Below are positions 1-12,022 of a DNA stretch of 64,000 bases, in pieces (position 1 is the first letter of the stretch; every line of letters starts with the position of its first letter). This DNA is from the human T2T-CHM13v2.0 reference genome, Homo sapiens, in assembly GCF_009914755.1 (NCBI RefSeq), contig NC_060941.1, one strand, 5' to 3'. A model generated the notes under the pieces. The model was given only the letters and a program-made list of their open reading frames with translations, did no database searches and was not told where the DNA came from. Both the position numbers and the translations under genes were made by a program.

Positions 1-90
1 GACCCCAGATGGTGGACACTCCTCTCAGGAGATAAAGTCTGAGACCTCATCCAATCCCAGCTCTCCAGAAATCTGCCCCAACAAGGAGAA
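1..90 (+). CDS. RAP1GAP2: RAP1GAP2 coding exon (5' part outside window), ...TPDGGHSSQEIKSETSSNPSSPEICPNKE(K)
   Basis: Open frame from base 2; donor AA|GTAAGA at 90/91 (phase 2); splices in frame to the next exon; peptide matches my recollection of the RAP1GAP2 C-terminal region. Confidence 0.92.
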
Positions 91-318
91 GTAAGAGAGT
101 GAGGGTGGGAAAGGCCAGCTTCGGCCACGTGGAGCCCTGGAACACGCCCTCTGCCTCCTGGCCAGCTGAGAGTGGCCATCTCCTGCCTCTGGAACTCTCC
201 AGAACACAAAGGCCGACGGGTGGGGGCGTGGGGAGCCGCCAGAGGTCCCGGGGAGGACCCTGGGGGTGGAGGGCTCTCGCGTGTGACCCGGGCTGGCCTC
301 ACTTCCTATTCCCTGCAG

Positions 319-433
319 GCCCTTCATGAAGTTGAAGGAAAACGGCCGCGCCATCTCCCGCTCCTCCTCCAGCACCAGCAGCGTCAGCAGCACTGCAGGG
401 GAGGGCGAGGCCATGGAGGAGGGCGACAGTGGG
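319..433 (+). CDS. RAP1GAP2: RAP1GAP2 coding exon, (K)PFMKLKENGRAISRSSSSTSSVSSTAGEGEAMEEGDSG
   Basis: Acceptor ttcctattccctgcAG (317-318), donor GGG|GTAGGT; phase 2 to 0; overlaps ORF 326..610. Confidence 0.95.
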
Positions 434-912
434 GTAGGTGTGCCCCGTCCACCCTTGGGCAGGCACTCTGGGGCGTCAGCCAGCCACCCTCCTTGCATTA
501 AAACGGCACTGTGGATCGAAGCCCATGTCAGTCTTTGCAGAGGAAAGGGGAAGAATGGAAACGAGAGGTGGGCTCGTTGGCCATCACCACCCCCTGGGCG
601 CAGTGGGTGAGGGGACCTCTCTCTCAGAGTGACATAGCAGCAGCAGAGGGCAGGGGCCAGACCCGATGGTGCCCTGCCTTGGGGTTCCTGGCTGGAGTGG
701 TGAGTGGCCAGTGCCCCAGGGGGCTGGGTCAAAGGTCCTTCTTGGAGCAGGATAGCTTGGAACCAGGGTTGAAGTCAGCAGGAAAGAAAGAGCAGGCCCA
801 AGTTGGGAGCAGGAGGCAGCGGCTGTCCTGGGCTTTTGGGGGCTGCCTCAGGCCTGCGTGGGCGCAGCTGCCGAGGGTGGGCTGGCCTCGCTCACCCCGC
901 CTCTCTCCTCAG

Positions 913-1039
913 GGCAGCCAGCCGTCCACGACCTCACCCTTCAAGCAGGAGGTGTTTGTCTACAGCCCGTCCCCGAGCAGCGAGAGCCCCAGCCTGGGGG
1001 CAGCTGCCACCCCAATCATCATGAGCCGGAGTCCCACAG
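913..1039 (+). CDS. RAP1GAP2: RAP1GAP2 coding exon, GSQPSTTSPFKQEVFVYSPSPSSESPSLGAAATPIIMSRSPT(D)
   Basis: Acceptor ctctctcctcAG (911-912), donor CAG|GTCAGT; 127 nt, phase 0 to 1. Confidence 0.95.
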
Positions 1040-1999
1040 GTCAGTGGCATCTGGTGGTGTGTGTGACGTCACCAGGAGGGCAGGCTGTGCCCTGTCCACT
1101 GTTAGCAGGGCCCCAGCCACGCTGAACTGGCCAGTTTTCACCCCTCCTCCCAGCTGTGAGGCCCTCCGCTCTGTGCGCCCGCCTCTTCTGTTCATCAGCC
1201 TTAAGATGCCCAAGTTCCTAAGCTCTTCTTACACTGAGAGTTGTGAAGCTGAGGCAGAGAGTTGAAGGCCTTGTGGGAGATCCCACAGCGGAGGAGTCGG
1301 GATTGGCAGTGGGAAAGCTGAGCACTTTCCATTAGCCCTTCTCCCCACCTGCCAGTGCTCCAACCCTTCTCCCCACCTGCCAGCGCTCCAGGGCTGCCAG
1401 GGCCCGTCTGTCATGTCGGGGGTCTTGATAATACAAGACGGGGGAAGGGCTGCAGGGGGAGGGAACAGCATGTGGAAAGGCCCAGAGGAGAGGAGAGAGC
1501 GGGTATTCCGGAACTGCACGTGTTCATGGCAGCTGGGTTCACAGAGCCAGGCGTCAGAGAGGCCGGAGCGTTGACAGGCTGGGTCAGCCCCGGGCCCCGG
1601 GTGAGGATTTTGTTCTGCTAGCGGCCACTGTTGGAGTGTTTGAAGGTTCTTAAGTAGGGAAGCACCATCTGGAGTTGAGAAAGTCCATTTTGGCTGCTGC
1701 AGCTGCTGAGTGTAAAATGGATTAGTAGGGAGCAGGAGCAGAGGGGAGGGAGGGAGGGGAGGGGAGAGGAGGGGAGGGGAGCTGCGGCAGAAGCACCTCG
1801 GTTCAGGAGAGATCAAGGAGGTAAAATGTACGGGCTCAGTAGCAGGGGTTCAGAGAGAGCAGGAGTCTGGGCGTTTTGGGGTTCTGTGATCCCTGCAGTT
1901 GGTCAGAATAGGGGGGCCAGCACCTGAGGGCCGTTCAGGTAGACCTGTGCGGTGGGCACTGCTGGGCGGGTGCTCCGGGTCTCTGCCCTCGTGAGGGCA

Positions 2000-2190
2000 G
2001 CACAGGACTTTGAGCCTGGGTCCAAATCCTGGGTCTGCTGCTTACTAGACATGTCATTGGGCGAGTCACCAAGCCTGTCTGTGCCTCAGTTTCTCCAAGC
2101 AGAAAATGAGGGGAGGGGAAGAGTCGTGTCTGCCTCAGAGGGTTGGTTGTATGAAGATGAAAGGAGCTCATGCTTGTACGAGGCCTGGAA
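2000..2190 (+). mobile_element. MIR SINE fragment
   Basis: MIR core ctgggtccaaatcctggg...tgtgcctcagtttctcca..aaaatgag. Confidence 0.7.
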
Positions 2191-2240
2191 CTGTTAACCT
2201 CGGTGTTGGTTAAAGAATGGGAATGAGACAATAGTGTAGT

Positions 2241-2450
2241 CAGCGGTTCTGAGCTGGGGGCAGTCTTGCTACCCCATGGATGTCTGGCAATGTCTGGCGA
2301 CATTTTTAATTTTCACAATTTTGGAGGGGTGCTACTGGCATCTAGTGGGCAGAGGTCACGGAAGCTGATAAGCAATGTACAGGACAGCCCCCTAGCCACA
2401 TCAGACAAATAATTCTCTGACCCCAAATGACATTCGGTTGAAAAACTCTA
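2241..2450 (+). mobile_element. MER20 (hAT-Charlie non-autonomous DNA transposon)
   Basis: cagcggttct...tggcaatgtctggcgacattttt...gctactggcatctagtgggcagagg...ttgaaaaactct resembles the MER20 consensus. Confidence 0.8.
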
Positions 2451-2599
2451 GTCTCAATGGTAGAAACACAGGAAGGGCCAACAGGCCTTCAGGGTGGCTG
2501 AAGCCAAAATGTTCCTGGGGTTCACACAGCGAAGGGATGTTGCAAAGGGAACCTGCAGGGTCAGAGATGAAGGGAAGATCGTGATTCCACAGCCAGTGA

Positions 2600-3066
<467 letters not shown>

Positions 3067-3729
3067 TGGTGTTTTTGTTTTGTTTTGTTTTGTTTTCTAA
3101 ATAAGACTTAAATATTGAAGGAATGAATGAAAGAATCTGTAAGCAAGCCTGGCCCCCACTTGGTGTTAAATAAACGTCAAAGTAAGGAAGGTTTTGAGTA
3201 AAGGAATTAGAGAGTCTCTGCAGGTTGCTGAAGGTCACCGAGGGCGGAAGGGACCTGGAGCGGGTCTGGTGACTTATGGCCGGTGCTTCCCACACCACAC
3301 GGTGAGGCTGCCTCTTACACACCTTTTCTCCACACAGTATTTAACCCCGATGGGCTGCTTTTCACCCCCAGCCCACGAAAGATGTGCTTGGTACCCACTG
3401 GATCAGGGTGGGCTTGGGGGGATCTGGGAACCGGTTTCATGCTGTTTGGCTGAGTCTGGGGAGAGGCAGGGTGGAGTGGGGAGAGGTGGCCTGACGTCCT
3501 GACGTACAGTCTCCATAATGTCAGATATCTGATCATGGTCATTTCCTACCTGGGCTTCCTGGGGCACAGAAGAGGACTGATAGGTTACACAGAGGTGTTG
3601 TAGCCCTGGGTGGAACTCCTCGATTCGAAGCACCACGAACCAGCCAGCAGCTTCCAGGAAGGCTGCACTAAGCTTTCCATACCCTCGGCCAGAGGACAGC
3701 CAGAAAGTCAAGTGGCCCTCCTGCCAGCG

Positions 3730-4775
3730 GGGCACAGCGGGAAATGTTGACACCGGGCTCTGCCACCACTCACACACACTTAACGGAATTTTATTATGCG
3801 ATGGATGTCAAACCCAGTGTACAAATACTAGATAATATTCTTTACCATAAGTCCCATATGTCCAACTGATTCTCACAGAATGCTTTTAGTGGTGTTTGCT
3901 TCACCTTTTTATCTGTAGCCAACTTAAGGCTGCAGGAGATGAATGTGTGTAATTCTGACATGAATGTGGACTGATATTACCATGTTTGTTAATAAGTATT
4001 TTATATGTATATATTATATATACATATATAGTATATACATATAATATACATATGTTATAGATACACATAATATACATATATGTATATATTATATATACAT
4101 ATATATTATATGTTATATGTATATACATATGTATAATATATATTATACACACACACACACACACACTCACTCTCATGGCGCCCGGCCATGAGTATTTTGT
4201 ATTAAGAGAACTTCATTCGTCAGTGACATGAGTCATTTCCTTGCTGTATCCGAGAAAAGTTTTCAAACCCCGGAAGGATATTTCCTCAGTTTTCTTTTGT
4301 GCTATTCACAATGTAATCGCTGCAGACACAGCATGTTTTGAAGTTTCATGTAAATTCCTTTTTTTCTATTAGTTCCTTAAGTCTAGACAACAAAACAATC
4401 AATCAAGTCATGATTTGTAGCATGTACCAGTTTCTGTGGTGTAAATACACTTGTCGTGGCTGATCTCAAGCTACTGACGTGATGTCCTCGAACGTGGACT
4501 TGGGAAGAAGATATACTGTAGCCACCATCTTTAGGGTGTTTCTACCACATGGATACAATAGACGTAAGAGCACAGATAATCGTAAAACAGAGAAAAATAA
4601 GTAGGAAGTGACGAATTTCAAGTATTTATTACCTCTGTTGAATATAATTTATTGAACTGTAAGCTTATATATAATTCAACTTTAAAAAATGGCCTGAGTT
4701 GAACAACCAGCTCACCACAATTCTATAATCTAGGAGTTGGCTCTCGTGGGTCGGCACAGGTCAGCTAGGGTGCCT
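3730..4775 (-). mobile_element. MER63-family (hAT-Blackjack) DNA transposon interrupted by a (TA)n/(CA)n tract
   Basis: Blocks such as tgattctcacagaatgctt, gtgctattcacaatgtaa, aagtctagacaa, tcaagctac, ttggctctcgtgggtcgg match the reverse complement of the remembered MER63 consensus. Confidence 0.65.
4001..4172. repeat. Imperfect (TA)n followed by (CA)n microsatellite
   Basis: Directly visible. Confidence 0.95.
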
Positions 4776-4890
4776 GGTCCTGGTGGAGGGCAGGAGGCCC
4801 CCTTCCCCTGGCCTCCCTAGCCAGTCCCCACACACAGCCCCAGTGGCCTCCACAGCTCCACCCTCCTTTCATGGCCGTTCTTTTTCTTAG

Positions 4891-4967
4891 ATGCCAAAAG
4901 CAGAAACTCCCCGAGATCGAACCTGAAATTCCGCTTTGACAAGCTCAGCCATGCCAGCTCTGGTGCG
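4891..4967 (+). CDS. RAP1GAP2: RAP1GAP2 coding exon, (D)AKSRNSPRSNLKFRFDKLSHASSGA
   Basis: Acceptor ttctttttcttAG (4889-4890), donor GCG|GTAAGG; 77 nt, phase 1 to 0, in frame with the preceding exon. Confidence 0.95.
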
Positions 4968-5187
4968 GTAAGGATGCGCCTCCCACACCCCACACTCCAC
5001 TTTCTGCAGAGGCCCAGCCTTCCTTCCTGAGGCCAGAGGAAGAGGGTTCAGACATCCCAGAGGGGGCTCCCCGAAGGAGGCAGGGGAAGCTCTGGGGACG
5101 TCTGGCTCCAGCAGGTGCAGGCCGTGTCTCCGGGTTCCAGCCACCTTTGCCACAACTCCCAAGGTGGAGCTACACCTCTGGACACGG

Positions 5188-6623
5188 CCAGGCCCAGATG
5201 TGAGGTGGGAGGTGCTGGTTCCTGGGTCCCCCAGTCCCTTCCTGAGCTCTCCAGACTATCGAGAGCTCCAGGCCCAGTTGTGAGGTGGGAAGGGCTGGTT
5301 CCTGGGTCCCCCAGTCCCTTCCTGAGCTCACCAGACTATCGAGAGCTCCAGGTCCAGATGTGAGGTGGAAGGTGCTGGTTCCTGGGTCCCCCAGTCCCTT
5401 CCTGAGCTCTCCAGACTATCGGGAGCTCCAGGCCCAGTTGTGAGGTGGGAAGGTGCTGGTTCCTGGGTCCCCCAGTCCCTTCCTGAGCTCTCCAGACTAT
5501 CGAGAGCTCCAGGTCCAGATGTGAGGTGGAAGGTGCTGGTTCCTGGGTCCCCCAGTCCCTACCTGAGCTCTCCAGACTATCGGGAGCTCCAGGCCCAGTT
5601 GTGAGGTGGGAAGGGCTGGTTCCTGGGTCCCCCAGTCCCTTCCTGAGCTCTCCAGACTATCGAGAGCTCCAGGTCCAGATGTGAGGTGGAAGGTGCTGGT
5701 TCCTGGGTCCCCCAGTCCCTTCCTGAGCTCTCCAGACTATCGAGAGCTCCAGGTCCAGATGTGAGGTGGAAGGTGCTGGTTCCTGGGTCCCCCAGTCCCT
5801 TTCTGAGCTCGCCAGACTATGGAGAACTCCAGGTCCAGATGTGAGGTGGGAAGGGCTGGTTCCTGGGTCCCGAATCCCTTCCTGAGCTCACCAGACTATC
5901 AAGAGCTCCAGGTCCAGATGTGAGGTGAGAAAGGCTGGTTCCTGGGTCCCCCAGTCCCTTTCTGAGCTCGCCAGACTATCAAGAACTCCAGGTCCAGATG
6001 TGAGGTGGGAAGGGCTGGTTCCTGGGTCCCAAATCCCTTCCTGAGCTCACCAGACTATCGAGAGCTCCAGGTCCAGATGTGAGGTGGGAAGGGCTGGTTC
6101 CTGGGTCCCCCAGTCCCTTCCTGAGCTCTCCAGACTATCGAGAGCTCCAGGTCCAGATGTGATGTGGGAAGGGCTGGTTCCTGGGTCCCGAATCCCTTCC
6201 TGAGCTCACCAGACTATCGAGAGCTCCAGGTCCAGATGTGAGGTGGAAGGTGCTGGTTCCTGGGTCCCCCAGTCCCTTCCTGAGCTCTCCAGACTATCGA
6301 GAGCTCCAGGCCCAGTTGTGAGGTGGGAAGGGCTGGTTCTTGGGTCCCGAATCCCTTCCTGAGCTCTTCAGACTATCGAGAGCTCCAGGTCCAGATGTGA
6401 GGTGGGAAGGGCTGGTTCCTGGGTCCCGAATCCCTTCCTGAGCTCTCCAGACTATCGAGAGCTCCAGGTCCAGATGTGAGGTGGGAAGGGCTGGTTCCCG
6501 GGTCCCCCAGTCCCTTTCTGAGCTCGCCAGACTATCGAGAACTCCAGGTCCAGATGTGAGGTGGGAAGTGCTGGTTCCTGGGGTCCCGAATCCCTTCCTG
6601 AGCTCACCAGACTGTTGAGAGCT
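5188..6623. repeat. Intronic minisatellite/VNTR, 18 copies of a 79-81-bp GC-rich unit
   Basis: Unit tgaggtgggaagggctggttcctgggtcccccagtcccttcctgagctctccagactatcgagagctccaggtccagatg starts at 5201, 5281, 5361, 5441, 5522 ... 6477, 6557. Confidence 0.97.
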
Positions 6624-6700
6624 GAGTGCACAGAGCCGCCGTGGAAGGGACCTGTGCTGTCTGGTTATTTAAACTCCTGTATGGATTTTTGTTGAAACAG

Positions 6701-6709
6701 GGTCACTAA
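6701..6709 (+). CDS. RAP1GAP2: RAP1GAP2 last coding codons GH* (within a 39-nt exon, 6701-6739)
   Basis: Acceptor gttgaaacAG|GGT CAC TAA; donor AAG|GTGGGT at 6739/6740; gives the remembered C-terminus ...HASSGAGH. Confidence 0.88.
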   Translation, partial: GH

Positions 6710-9700
6710 TGTGAAAGTGGAGTCCTTCGCCTGTCCAAGGTGGGTTGAGTGAATGTCCTGCTGTGGCCGTGAGGGGGGACGTGTGTTTCTTTTAGATCAG
6801 GGAACTAGAGGCCTTGTAACCTCAGAATGGCCGGAGAGATGCCGCCAGCTGGGGATGTCCAAAGAGTCTCCTACTCGCCCCTGAAGACCTGCAATGGGGA
6901 AGGAGGGGCAGATGGCCTGTGTGCGGATGGGAAGGGGGTTCCCAGTGACACTGGACTAGACGTACTAGTTAGGCCTCCCTTCCACCGATGGGGTCTGGTT
7001 CCCGCAGGCAGAAGGGGAGTCGCCCAAGCCCGCTTCTGACCCAGGAGGGAGGAGTTCCTGAGGGCTCCCTTGCTCCCCTGCCCTCAGGCAGCTGTTCCCT
7101 CCTTGTGTCTTTGGCGGAGGCCCTGGGCTGAGGTGTGTTCTCCCTCCCTGTCGGGAGTCAGCACTGTGAGGGACCACCCCAGGAGGCCTCTTCCCCTGCC
7201 TGCTTTGAGGGGGCACGTGGTTTGAGCAGAGTGGCCGTGGGTCCAGCTCGCCCCCATCAAGGCCTGGATTTCTGCTGGGGAAGTCACCAGAGACCCATCT
7301 GAGCTCCCAGCCCTCTCCCCACATGGGGCTTCAGGGGTCAGAGTCACAGCTGGAGCCAAGAGGAGGGGTACAACCGAACCCACTCTGTGTTCAACCTGAT
7401 TTATGAAAAAGCAGAAGACAAATGGGCATATGGACCTTCACCCCCGGCTCCCATCACGCACTCTGGACGCCACTGCCCACCAAAGCCGTGGCTATGCGCA
7501 GCTTCTCGGGCCACGCAAGGTGGGGCACCCTTACATCAGGTGCCCTCCTGCTCCTGAGTGTATCCAGTGAGCTGTAGCCATGGGCAGGCGTGTTCCCCAC
7601 CCCTTGCTCCCGACGTCCGCGTCGTCCCCTCCTTCCTGTACGGAATGTTCGCTCATCGCCGCCTCCTCCTTGTCTCCTCAGGGAATCCCCTCTTCTGTCC
7701 TGGAAAAGGCTCCTGTACCAGCAGTTTGGGAGTGCCGTCCACGACCCTGACAGTCCCAGCCCTGCCGCCCCATGGCCACGTGCCCACAGATGTGCTGTTG
7801 GTCCAGGTGTCCCAGTCTGGCCACAGCCCTGCCTCCGCCCTCACCTACATGCCCTCCCAGCCCCTCCCATCTCTGGACGAGGCCTCCTTCCTCAGGTTCC
7901 TCCTGCTCCTGACCTCCCAGTGTGATGTCCGGGTCCTTTATCATCCTATTCATCCTGGAGAGGAAAAGTGTCGGGCAAAGGGGGATCTGGGGGGAGCTCA
8001 GCAGTGACTGGGGAGCTGGTCTGCCTCAGAGACAGAGTAGGGGGTGGGAGCAGAGCCTCGGTGAGGGTCTTGGCCACAGGGCAGTGCCTTCCTGAACGTG
8101 GCAGGCTTTACTACCAGGAACGCACTCGGTGGTGGAGGCCCCATGTTCCCAGGAGCCAAGATTCGTAGCATCCTTGAGGCCATCCTGATAAAATTCGGCG
8201 CTATTGCCCCCGTAGCTCTGGAGCTCTAAACCGTCTATCTGCTTCTGTGCTGAACGCCTTTCCCATCTGCTGACGTAGGCCCAGGGCTGCCCTGCCCCTG
8301 CTGCCAGTGTACCGTGAGCGGGGCTCCAGCCAGTTCAAGCTCAGAGCCAGAGCTGGACGGGCCAGAACTGCGCTGCACACTTCCTGGACTGAGGCGGGGA
8401 CTTTGGGTCCCACCCGGTTTCTCCTGATTATGGCTGCTGTGGGGTGAGGGGAGGGAGGGGCAGCCCCGAGGCAGTCTCTTCCCTTTGAGAAGATATTTTC
8501 CCACAAAGGGGTGGGAAGCCAGGAGTGAGAAGGAATTCAGGGAGAGCAAAGGAGCCAGTGCTGAGATGCTGCTGTGTTGGTTGAGGAAAACCTCGGGCCT
8601 GAGGGCCAGGCCGGAGCCCAGGTCTCTGCTGACAATGGGGGTTCAAGGAAGACGTCGTTATCTCCCCTCCCCACTTACTCGAGGAGAGAGGTGAGGGGGG
8701 GATGACTTGCGGGTTCTGATCAGGCCCCTGGGTGGGGAAGGGGCACAGTGTCCCTCAGCAGCTTACGCCCCTGGAGTCTTGGGGGGCCCAGCCTGGCCCT
8801 GGGGCCTTTTCCAGCTACTGTGCCCTTGGGCAGCTGCGTCTGGGGCTCAACCCCCCAATCCTGTTCCCCTCTCCAGCTGCGGGTCTGTAGGCAGCTGTCA
8901 CATCTGAAGGGTTTCTGCAACCTGGACCCCATCTGGGTGTGGGTCAGACCCTGTGACCCACATGCCACCCCCACCCTCCACAGAGCCCCCTTGCTGGGAC
9001 AGCCAGCTCACCTCCAAGGACATCCCCTCCTGGCTTCTCCCCCTTCCGAGTCTGCAGCGCCGTGGGCTTCTCTGCCGATGGGCCCGGGTTGGGGTTAAGG
9101 TGGGCATCCTCCAGGTACAACGAGCCTGAAGAGCCCCTTTCAGTGCAGACGGGGCTGCAGAGTGACACTGGCTGGGCACCTGCCCCACGACCAATGACAA
9201 GGATTTCCAGCTGAATGCTTTATTCCCATAGGGATCTGGACCTGTGCCCAAGATATAAATACTACACTTTTTTTTTTTTTTTTTAACTGACATTGTGAAA
9301 TTCTCCCTATAGCTTTTGCCATTCAAGCAACATTGTGATCTTTCTTCCCCGCCACGTGTGTGGGAATGATTGAGTCCTGTTTGCAAGCTGGAGAGGAGCT
9401 CTCCCTTTGCTAGTACTTTCTCTAAAGTACTAGTCTAGTAAAATTTATTCTTGTTAGAAGGTCAACAAAATATCTGTTTAGCTTTTATGAAGAGTCACCG
9501 TAGCAGCCCCCACGGCTGGAAAGAGGCCTGTACGTTCTGGACGCGTTTTGTTGGCTGGGCTTCTGGAGGCACTGGCAAGGTCAAACTGCATTTCTTTAAG
9601 AACAGTTGCAGGATCTGGCTCGCCTCTGTGGGAAGCCGGCATTACAGGTGCTTGGTGGATGGGCCGTGTCACATTGCCATCTGGGGTCCTTTGGGGTTTC

Positions 9701-11654
9701 CAGGTTGTCACCATGCTGTCCCATTTGGGAATCCCATACCTGCCTGTCCCCACTGCGCTGGCTGACCCTTGCTGCCTGCTGCCTCTTGGGAGGGCTTTGT
9801 CCCTGCCTCTGAGCTGGTGGGCAGGATGGCTGGGTGGCCCCCAGAGAAGCACAGACCTGAGATGGGGTCTCCATGCCCGGTTTGCTGTTGGAATGATCTG
9901 AACAGGACCCCAAATGCCTCTTCCCTCTGGTCATGCCTCACTATCTCTAGGAGCTCCATCCTGTGGCTTCCAGAGTGTGCACTTCCAGCCCACCCGGGCA
10001 GTGCTGAGAGGGAGGAGGAGAACAAGGATGGCCCAGCCTCCCCTCCCTCCCCTAGACCACGGGGCGGGCAGCTCGGGTTCCTGGAGGGCTGTTTCCCCCA
10101 CGCTGTCCCTACATCTGCTCTGATCTAAAATGTCTTTCCTTTTATGCTGCGCCCAGTCTTGGGGCTCAAAGATTTGCCCAAACCTCATTGGCCCTCGTGA
10201 CTAGGCTCATCTAGATGGTGCTCACGCTGGTGTTTGAGGCATTTCCACTGTGATCTCCACGAGGGGATGTTTTCCGGGACACATCTCTGGCTCTGGGAAC
10301 TGCCTGACTCACTGAAGAAACTACTTTTCAGGCACTGTAGGGTCACCCATATGCCTCCAGCTCAGTTGACGCTTAAAAACAGGTGCAGAAAAGCTCGCGA
10401 TGGAAGGTCTTAATGAGAGTGTCTGTCTATGCCAATCATGTAAAATGACGTTTCTTGAAAAAGATTCAGTGGTTCAGCTTTGTCAGCATCATCTCAACAC
10501 AAGCCTGCTGGCTCTTTTTAGCATCTCATCCAACCATGTCATCGTCCAGATGAGAAATCTTAGCCCAGGTGAGGGGAGTAACTTGCTTGAGGTCACACAG
10601 CTGGCTGTTGGCAAAGCTGGGATTAGAACCCTCAACCCAGGGTCCCTTCCTCTGCAGCGCCTACATGGTTGGTTGAATAAGTGGCTGCGTTTCCTGGGGC
10701 CCTGGGTTTTGGGGAAGCCAGTTAGCTGCTGCTTTGGCACTGGCATGGAGGTGAGCAGTCAAGGATGCTGGTGAGGCTGCAGTTTCTGCTCTTTTTCATC
10801 AGGGGGGATAGTCTCTAGGATTTTTCAGTGAGGACCCTTGGGCTTTGGATGCAGCTTGAACCAAGAAAACGAGGAGGGAAAGGGATTCAGTGAACTATTC
10901 CTCAGTGGGATCGGTTCTTCAGCTCCTGATGGGGGCTGTGTAATGGGGGCAGAGGCCAGGGAAAAAGATGCTGTTCACCCACCCTCAGCTTCCCTTTTCC
11001 TAAATTAAGAGGAAAAGTGGTCAAAGAAAAACTCTTCATTTCTCCCTGATTCTTAAACGAAGGTGGTTAATAGAAACTCAGGCTCCCGTGACAAGGCAGG
11101 ACAAGAGCCTGTTTCGCTTTCCTCCCTGACCCTGCCAGGTGCCAACTCAAACACTACCTTTCTCATTGGTTTCTAAGTCAGTAGAGACAGATCTGTTTTA
11201 AGCAGTTGGGGGTTCGAGTAGATCTCATGGGTACAGGAGGCCAGCAGGGACCAGGCCAGTCAGCCATGCTCAGGACCCCTCGGCTCCTCCCCCAGCCTCT
11301 AGCTACCCTGTATCGAGGCAAGGGGAGGCCAGTAAAGTTTGCCAAGCCTGATCCTGCAGCCTGGTGGGGCTGGCTGGGGTATTCTTTTACCAAACTCTGT
11401 TTTACCGCCAGCCCCTTGTACACCCCAATCCCATGTCTCCCTCCCTTCAGCTGGACCGTGTGCCCCTTTGGGAGGAAGAAGACAAGCCCCACTAGGGCCA
11501 AGGGCAGCAGAGCCCTGCCGAGTGAGAGGCTGTGGGGCAGCGGCTCTGTCCTGTGCCTTACCAGCCCTGGGGAGGGGGACATTTGGCTGGAAGACTGGAA
11601 TTTAATTGCCATCGTCTTTGATTTTGTGACATTTCTGCTTGGAAGTGTGAACTA

Positions 11655-11675
11655 CCCCCCCCCCCCCCCCCCCCC
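11655..11675. repeat. Poly(C)21 homopolymer in the 3' UTR
   Basis: Directly visible. Confidence 0.95.
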
Positions 11676-12016
11676 GGCTTCCTGCTCCTTAGCATGCGTG
11701 CAGCTCTCTCCTGTTTTGGGTGTTACCCTTGGACACTCCAGCTCGGGGACTGCTGGCGTGTGAGTGTGCAGATTCCCCTGTGTGGTCGAACCTAAGAACT
11801 GTGGCTTGGAAGTGATGCTCCATGTGACGACGACTTTGCTTTCTTTCCTCTTAGTGAGGAGGTGATTCGTAGATCCCAACTGCCTATGTAATGTAAATAA
11901 TGTACATTTAATTTATTGCTATGGTAGCACATTGTATTTGTTAATGTACAAAACAAATTCTAAAAGGTTGACAAATGTATATTTTGTTGCTTAAATGTGT
12001 CTTTGCAGAAATTGAC

Positions 12017-12022
12017 AATAAA
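12017..12022 (+). terminator. Polyadenylation signal AATAAA of RAP1GAP2
   Basis: AATAAA preceded by six TGTA motifs and followed by GT/T-rich sequence (tttgtgtcc...gtgttc). Confidence 0.85.

Noticed and set aside
25-732. 235-aa minus-strand ORF
   Set aside because: Antisense shadow of GC-rich RAP1GAP2 exons and introns; non-ATG start, no recognisable domain
1336-1391. 28-bp tandem duplication (cccttctccccacctgccag.gctcca. x2); similar small duplications at ~32210-32278 and ~43355-43400
   Set aside because: Ordinary replication-slippage duplications with no further structure
5188-6623. Palindromic regularly spaced repeats resembling a CRISPR array
   Set aside because: Units are contiguous with no unique spacers, there are no cas genes, and the context is a human intron: a minisatellite
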